NCBI GenBank assembly: GCA_963798085.1
Contig: CAWCRS010000007.1
Coordinates: 1,760,001-1,824,000 of the forward strand
Source of the DNA: an uncultured Gemmatimonadales bacterium
GTDB taxonomy: Bacteria; Gemmatimonadota; Gemmatimonadetes; Longimicrobiales; RSA9
DNA length: 64,000 bases
Reading direction: 5' to 3'
In this document: positions 59,153 through 64,000 of the stretch, piece by piece
How the letters are laid out: every line of letters begins with the position of its first letter
Position numbering within the stretch: the first letter of the stretch is position 1
The notes under the pieces: generated by a model
What the model was told of the DNA's origin: nothing
The model's input: the letters and a program-made list of their open reading frames with translations, nothing else
Databases searched by the model: none
Position numbers and translations under genes: made by a program

Positions 59153-60105
59153 GAATCGCGCTGCTGTTCGACGACGACGCCGTGCACGAGGACGCGCCTC
59201 CGGACGAGGCGTCCGTGCTGACGGTCGTCCGATCGGTGGACGAGGCGCTGCGCGCGCTGGGCCACGAGCCGTTCGCGCTGCCGGTCGATACCGGTCACGC
59301 GTGGCTGCACACGCTGCGCGCGGAACATTGCGACCTGGTCTTCAATCTGTGCGAAGCGGTGGGCGGACGCGCGGAGCTGGAGCCCGCTGTCGCCGCGCTG
59401 GTCGAGCTGCTGGGCATGCCCATGACCGGCTGCTCGGCCGAGACAATCGGCCTGGCACGGCGCAAGGACCGGGTTAACGCCGTGCTTGCGGGCGCCGGTC
59501 TGCCGGTGCCCGCCTGGATGCGTGCGGATCACGAGCGCGTGCGCGACTGGGACCGCTTCCCTGCCATTGTCAAGCCGGCCGGCGAAGACGCCTCCGTCGG
59601 CATTCACCAGACTTCGGTGGCGAGCGACGACATCGCGCTGGAGCGAGCCCTGCGTTCCGCCCGCAGTTTCGGCCCGCTCATCATCCAGGAGTACATCGAG
59701 GGGCGCGAGTTCAATGTCGGCTTTCTCGACTGCCTGACACTGCCCGTCTCGGAAATCGACTTCGCGCAAATGCCCGACGATTACTGGCGCATCGTCAGCT
59801 ACAATGCGAAGTGGGCGGTGGGCTCGATCGATGATGTCGGTTCGCAGCCGCGCTGTCCCGCGCCCATTGCGGACGACACGGCGGCTCGGCTGGCCGCACT
59901 GGCCGGGGACGCGTGGCGATCGGTCGACGGGCGAGGCTATGGTCGCGTCGATCTGCGCGTCGACCTGAATGGCCAGCCGTGGCTGCTGGAAGTGAATCCC
60001 AATCCCGACCTCTCGACCAATGCCGGTCTCGCGCGCATGGCGAGTGCCGCGGGCATCGACTACACCAGTCTCGTCGGCCGCATCATCGAGGCGGCCCTGG
60101 CATGA
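59149..60105 (+). CDS. D-Ala-D-Ala ligase-like ATP-grasp enzyme 2
   Basis: ATGA overlap; VFNLCE, VKPAGEDAS.GI, EYIEGREFNV, Y.AKW, YGRVD.R, LEVNPNPDL. Confidence 0.9.
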   Translation: MRIALLFDDDAVHEDAPPDEASVLTVVRSVDEALRALGHEPFALPVDTGHAWLHTLRAEHCDLVFNLCEAVGGRAELEPAVAALVELLGMPMTGCSAETIGLARRKDRVNAVLAGAGLPVPAWMRADHERVRDWDRFPAIVKPAGEDASVGIHQTSVASDDIALERALRSARSFGPLIIQEYIEGREFNVGFLDCLTLPVSEIDFAQMPDDYWRIVSYNAKWAVGSIDDVGSQPRCPAPIADDTAARLAALAGDAWRSVDGRGYGRVDLRVDLNGQPWLLEVNPNPDLSTNAGLARMASAAGIDYTSLVGRIIEAALA

Positions 60106-60671
60106 GCGCAGACGGCGAATCGAAGCCGCTGGCGTCGCCGCGCATCGCCCGGCTGCGCCCCCAGCACCGCGAGGCGGTCGTAGAAATACTGCGCGACACC
60201 GGTGTCTTCCTGCCGTTCGAGATCGACACCGCACTCGAAGTTCTCGATGCCTATCTGGATCAGCCCGACCAGGATTACTTCGCCCTGGGCGCCTTCACCC
60301 CGGATGGAAGCCTGGCCGGATATGTCTGCTATGGTCCCACGCCCTGCACGGCCGGCACCTGCGATCTGTACTGGATCGCGGTGTCACCCCGCGTGCAGAA
60401 CGGCGGGATCGGGACGCTCCTGCTGCTGGAGGTGGAACGAAGGTTGGCCCGATCGGGTGCACGACTCGTGATCATCGAGACCTCTTCTCTGCCGCGCTAC
60501 GAGGCCACCCGCGCCTTCTACCTGCGACGAGGATACGAGATGGTGGCACGGGTCCCGGACTTCTATGCAAATGGCGACGATCGCCTGATCTACGTCAAAA
60601 GAATTCGGACATCCGATACGAGGCCAAAGCGCAAATGGAAACCTGGCAGGAAATCCTCAGGCAAAGCCTGA
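60102..60671 (+). CDS. GNAT family N-acetyltransferase
   Basis: ATGA overlap; GYVCYGPTP, DLYWIAV.P..QNGGIG, ETS..P.Y..TR.FY...GY, DFY..GDD. Confidence 0.9.
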   Translation: MSADGESKPLASPRIARLRPQHREAVVEILRDTGVFLPFEIDTALEVLDAYLDQPDQDYFALGAFTPDGSLAGYVCYGPTPCTAGTCDLYWIAVSPRVQNGGIGTLLLLEVERRLARSGARLVIIETSSLPRYEATRAFYLRRGYEMVARVPDFYANGDDRLIYVKRIRTSDTRPKRKWKPGRKSSGKA

Positions 60672-61759
60672 CAACGGTCGACGAGCTGGTCGACCGCTTC
60701 GGAGAGGCAAACGTCGACCGGGACGCGGTGCAGCGTGCCATCGACCGCTTCAACCTGCGCATCACGCCGGCCGTACTGGCGCGGATCCAGACGCCGGGCG
60801 ATGCCTTCTGGCGCCAGTACGTGCCCAGCGCGGAGGAGAACGAGGTGATCGACGGCATCGTCGATTCCCTGGACGAGGATGCCGACTCGCCCGTGCCCAA
60901 CATAACACACCGTTATCCGGACCGCGTGCTCTTCCTGGTCTCGCCCGTGTGCGCCGCGTACTGTCGCTTCTGCACGCGCCGGCGCAAGGTGGGCGACCCC
61001 GAGAAGATCCCGCTCAACCAGTTCGACTCGGCATTCGCGTATCTGCGCCAGCACACGGAAGTGCGCGATGTGGTGATGTCGGGCGGCGATCCCTTTCTGC
61101 TCTCGGACCGGCGCATCGAATTCTTCCTGAAGACGCTGCGCGAGATCCCGCACCTCGAGATCCTGCGCATTCACTCGCGCGTGCCGTCGCACCTGCCCGA
61201 GCGCATCACGCAGGCATTGTGCGACATCATCCGCAAGTATCATCCGGTCTACGTGAACCTGCATTTCAACCACCCGGACGAGCTTACGCCGCAGACACTG
61301 CGCGCCGTGGGCATGCTGGCCGATGCCGGCATACCGCTGGGCTCGCAGACCGTCCTGCTGAAGGGCGTGAACGACGATGCGCGCGTCATGAAGGAGCTGA
61401 TGCAGAAGCTCGTACGCGCGCGCATCCGCCCGTATTACATCTATCAGGCTGATGTGGTGGCCGGCGGCGAGCACTTCCGCACCGCGGTCGAGAAAGGTCT
61501 CGAGATCATCCGCGCCCTGCGCGGCTGGACCAGTGGCCTGGCCGTCCCGCACTTCGTGATCGACGCGCCGGGCGGCGGCGGCAAGATTCCGCTGCTGCCC
61601 GAATACGTGGAGTCCATTACCAGCGAAGAGATCGTGCTGCGCAACTACGCCGGCGAGGTATTCCGTTATCCGCTGCCGCAGGACGGCCCCGCGGTCGCCC
61701 ACAACGGCCCGCGCAACGGACGCCGGCCCGGCGAAGACTTCGCGTTCATGGACCTTTAG
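60635..61759 (+). CDS. KamA-family radical SAM/PLP aminomutase (lysine 2,3-aminomutase-like)
   Basis: HRYPDR, CAAYCRFCTRRR, SGGDP, HFNHP.E, QTVLLKGVND, PYYIYQAD, VIDAPGGGGK. Confidence 0.93.
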   Translation: METWQEILRQSLTTVDELVDRFGEANVDRDAVQRAIDRFNLRITPAVLARIQTPGDAFWRQYVPSAEENEVIDGIVDSLDEDADSPVPNITHRYPDRVLFLVSPVCAAYCRFCTRRRKVGDPEKIPLNQFDSAFAYLRQHTEVRDVVMSGGDPFLLSDRRIEFFLKTLREIPHLEILRIHSRVPSHLPERITQALCDIIRKYHPVYVNLHFNHPDELTPQTLRAVGMLADAGIPLGSQTVLLKGVNDDARVMKELMQKLVRARIRPYYIYQADVVAGGEHFRTAVEKGLEIIRALRGWTSGLAVPHFVIDAPGGGGKIPLLPEYVESITSEEIVLRNYAGEVFRYPLPQDGPAVAHNGPRNGRRPGEDFAFMDL

Positions 61760-61813
61760 GGAACTACGGCTACAGCGTTGCTGGGGCTGGTTGCCGGGGA
61801 ACGCCGTCCGATC

Positions 61814-63157
61814 TCAACCGGTCTCCCTGCAGCTCTGCTTCACGCCCGACGCGCTGGCGCAATAAACAGTCTGTTCGGGCACAGCGTCCGGGGCGAGGCC
61901 GGCGCCGGTAATGGTGATGCGGACGAGGGGCCGGTCGTCCAGGGTGAGGCGCTGCACGCGGGCGCGGCGCGGGTAGGGGTTGGGGATGGCGCCGGTCGAC
62001 AGGATGCGCGCGGCGCGTTCCGCGAACTGGGCGGCGGATGCGTCGTCGTCCCAGATGCTGGTCCAGACGAGAGCCTGGCCGGCGGGCAGCTGCAACAGAC
62101 GGTAGCGATCGCCGTCCCAGCCAGTCCAGGGCCGTACCATGCTGCCCAGATGCGCCTCCAGGAAGATGCCTGTCTCCAGCGCGCCCAGCGTATTCTCGTA
62201 GACGACCTGCCCGCCGTCGTTGGCGTAGCGCAGCTCGGTGGGCGCATCGCGCTGGTTGATGAAACGCTCCACCGGGTCCAGCACCTGCTCCGTCGACTGC
62301 GGCAGCAGCGGACCCAGCGGCGCGGCGCGTTGCTGATCGCGCGGCGTGGTGCGCCACAGTGTCTGCACGAAGGAAGCGCCCGCCGCATAGGGAAACAGCA
62401 GCGTCTCCTGGATGATGCGCGGGGCCCGCTGGAACACCGCGTTATCGCCGCCGGTTTCGTCGGTGGGCCTGATCTGTGCACCCGGATCGGGCAGCGACAC
62501 CGGGTCCACGGGCTGACCGGTGGCGCGCTCCGCGGTCCAGTCCAGCATCACCAGGGTGGCGTGACCTTCGAGCGCCGCCTGTGCCGCCGACTGGCGGTCG
62601 TTCCCCCGCTTCGGCGAAATCAGGGAATCGAGATTCACGGTCTGGTCCTGCAACGCGTGCACCAGCTCGTGGGCCAGAATCGGCACGAGCAGGTCTGGCT
62701 TCGAGCCACGCACGACGTAGAGCTGCCGGGTCTCCGGGTCGTAGTAGCCGGCGATCTGCTCGCTGTACAGGTCGAGCAGCAGCGCGTGCAGGTCGAGCGT
62801 GTCGGGCAGCAGGCCGAGCAGGGCGTAGACATCGTGCAGCCCTTTCAGCTCGCTGGGCGGAAGATCGCGATCCAGCTGGCCGGCGACCCAGGCACGCACC
62901 TCCTCGCGCGAGCGCAGGGCCAGTGTAACGGGCTGTTTGGCCTGCAGGTGCGCAATGCGCGCGAGGGACGGCACCATGGTGTCCACCATGGCGCGCAGGT
63001 CGGCTTCGGTCAGCTCCGTCGTACGCGGCGCCTGCCCGCAGGCAAGGCCGGCCAGAACCGCCAGAGACACGAGCACTGTCGTGGCCAGGCGGGGTGCCCG
63101 AAGCCGCGTGCTGGCCTCCGCAAACGACGCGCAGCAGGCGTGCAGGCGTCGCCTCAT
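61814..63157 (-). CDS. Lipoprotein, putative gluzincin metallopeptidase
   Basis: Lipobox GLAC; IAGYYDP, LAHELVHALQDQ, ALEGHAT, FPY..G..FV, P.STEQ, GWDGD. Confidence 0.82.
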   Translation of the reverse strand: MRRRLHACCASFAEASTRLRAPRLATTVLVSLAVLAGLACGQAPRTTELTEADLRAMVDTMVPSLARIAHLQAKQPVTLALRSREEVRAWVAGQLDRDLPPSELKGLHDVYALLGLLPDTLDLHALLLDLYSEQIAGYYDPETRQLYVVRGSKPDLLVPILAHELVHALQDQTVNLDSLISPKRGNDRQSAAQAALEGHATLVMLDWTAERATGQPVDPVSLPDPGAQIRPTDETGGDNAVFQRAPRIIQETLLFPYAAGASFVQTLWRTTPRDQQRAAPLGPLLPQSTEQVLDPVERFINQRDAPTELRYANDGGQVVYENTLGALETGIFLEAHLGSMVRPWTGWDGDRYRLLQLPAGQALVWTSIWDDDASAAQFAERAARILSTGAIPNPYPRRARVQRLTLDDRPLVRITITGAGLAPDAVPEQTVYCASASGVKQSCRETG

Positions 63158-63657
63158 GCCTGCGCCGTTCCGGTGAGCAGCTCGGTGCCGGGGAACAGGC
63201 GCTCAATGCGCTCGAAGCTGCCTTCTTCGAGGCGTTTCGCCAGGCGCTGGCCCGTTCCCGGGTGCATCAGCCAGGGATCCAGCTCTACCAGCGGCCGCAG
63301 CACGAACGCGCGGTCCATGAGCGCCGCGTGCGGTATCGTCAGATCGGATTGCAGCACGCGCAGGTCACCATAGAGCAGAATGTCGATATCGATGGCACGC
63401 GGTCCGTGGTGGAGAGCCGGCTCGCGCCCCAGTTCCTGCTCGATGCTCTTCAGCTGCTGGAGCAGCGCCGCCGGTCGCAGACTCGTGCGTATGCGAACCA
63501 CCATGTTCCAGAACTCCGGCTGCTCGACGGGGCCGACCGGCTCCGACTCGTATACGGCAGACACCGCCTCGATCGGGCCCAGCCGCAACAGCGCTCGCAG
63601 CGCGCCGGCGAGGTGAGCACGACGATCTCCGACATTGGACCCAAGGCCCAGATACAC
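63154..63657 (-). CDS. folK: 2-amino-4-hydroxy-6-hydroxymethyldihydropteridine diphosphokinase
   Basis: YLGLGSNVGD, YESEP, Q..F.N, IE..LGR, GPRAIDIDILLY, IPH...RAFVL.PL; start uncertain. Confidence 0.93.
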   Translation of the reverse strand: MYLGLGSNVGDRRAHLAGALRALLRLGPIEAVSAVYESEPVGPVEQPEFWNMVVRIRTSLRPAALLQQLKSIEQELGREPALHHGPRAIDIDILLYGDLRVLQSDLTIPHAALMDRAFVLRPLVELDPWLMHPGTGQRLAKRLEEGSFERIERLFPGTELLTGTAQA

Positions 63658-63670
63658 GAGCGAGCTCGCC

Positions 63671-64000
63671 TCAGATGCGGCCGTAGCGATCCTCCAGCCG
63701 GACCACATCGTCCAGTTCCGCCGTCAATGCTTCGAGTACGTCCACATCGGTGACCGCTTCCATGCGGTGCACCGTGCCCGGTATCACGCGGTAGCTCTGA
63801 CCCTGCTCCAGCGGCACCTGGCTGAGGGCCCCGGCTGAAGGTCCAGCCCAGAAGCGCATGGCGCCGCTCAGCAGGTGGATGGTCTCGTCCTTTCGTTCGT
63901 GGTACTGCAGGGAGAGCGCGTGACCCGCCCGTATGTGCAGGATCTTGCCCACATAGCGGTCGGTCTCGGCCCAGATCAGCTCGTGTCCCCACGGCTTCTC
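63671..64000 (-). CDS. Cupin-domain protein (mannose-6-phosphate isomerase type II C-terminal-like); start lies beyond the right edge
   Basis: EKPWGHELIWA...GKILHI..G..LSLQYH..KDET, PGTVHRM, DDVVRLEDRYGR. Confidence 0.88.
   Translation of the reverse strand, partial: EKPWGHELIWAETDRYVGKILHIRAGHALSLQYHERKDETIHLLSGAMRFWAGPSAGALSQVPLEQGQSYRVIPGTVHRMEAVTDVDVLEALTAELDDVVRLEDRYGRI

Noticed and set aside
58109..60105. Cell-wall ddl or van resistance ligases
   Set aside because: They lack the HGxxGEDG motif and have no mur/fts or vanHX context; they are linked to KamA and a GNAT instead.
60635..61759. EpmB (EF-P beta-lysylation) or lysine-fermentation KamA
   Set aside because: No efp, epmA, kamDE or kdd is nearby, and the operon context points elsewhere. 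This cannot be fully excluded without a phylogeny.
1..64000. tRNA, rRNA, CRISPR, IS/transposase, integrase or prophage
   Set aside because: I saw no such signatures; composition looks uniform and the genes are mostly core functions.

Overview
A high-GC, gene-dense bacterial chromosomal segment with about 58 protein-coding genes. I saw no rRNA, tRNA, CRISPR array or mobile element. Gene order and sequence style suggest Gemmatimonadota (inference). Most content is housekeeping: DUF58/BatA-vWA, mfd, two parvulin/SurA PPIases, pdxA, ftsEX-envC, holB, moaC, mltD, guaB, acs, a DksA-like protein, a PerR/Fur regulator, glnA, dacB, fabI, fdhD-mobA-moeA, ETF-QO and etfAB, galK, mpg, an acyl-CoA ligase, aroB and folK. 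The best candidates for an undescribed system are: (1) a four-gene operon (58109-61759) of two Ddl-like ATP-grasp ligases, a GNAT and a KamA-family radical-SAM aminomutase, predicted to make an acylated beta-amino-acid peptide; (2) a candidate attenuator upstream of guaB, with a leaderless 34-aa uORF running through an intrinsic terminator and ending on the guaB start; (3) a NYN-LOTUS-LOTUS-disordered-HhH protein coupled to mpg; (4) a REC-HisKA_2 kinase plus ANTAR regulator beside glnA, whose promoter is preceded by a dense nested inverted-repeat element. Five +1 frameshifts cluster at 39.9-51.6 kb, three of them in the identical context TCGAATG. These are most likely systematic sequencing errors, possibly linked to methylation.
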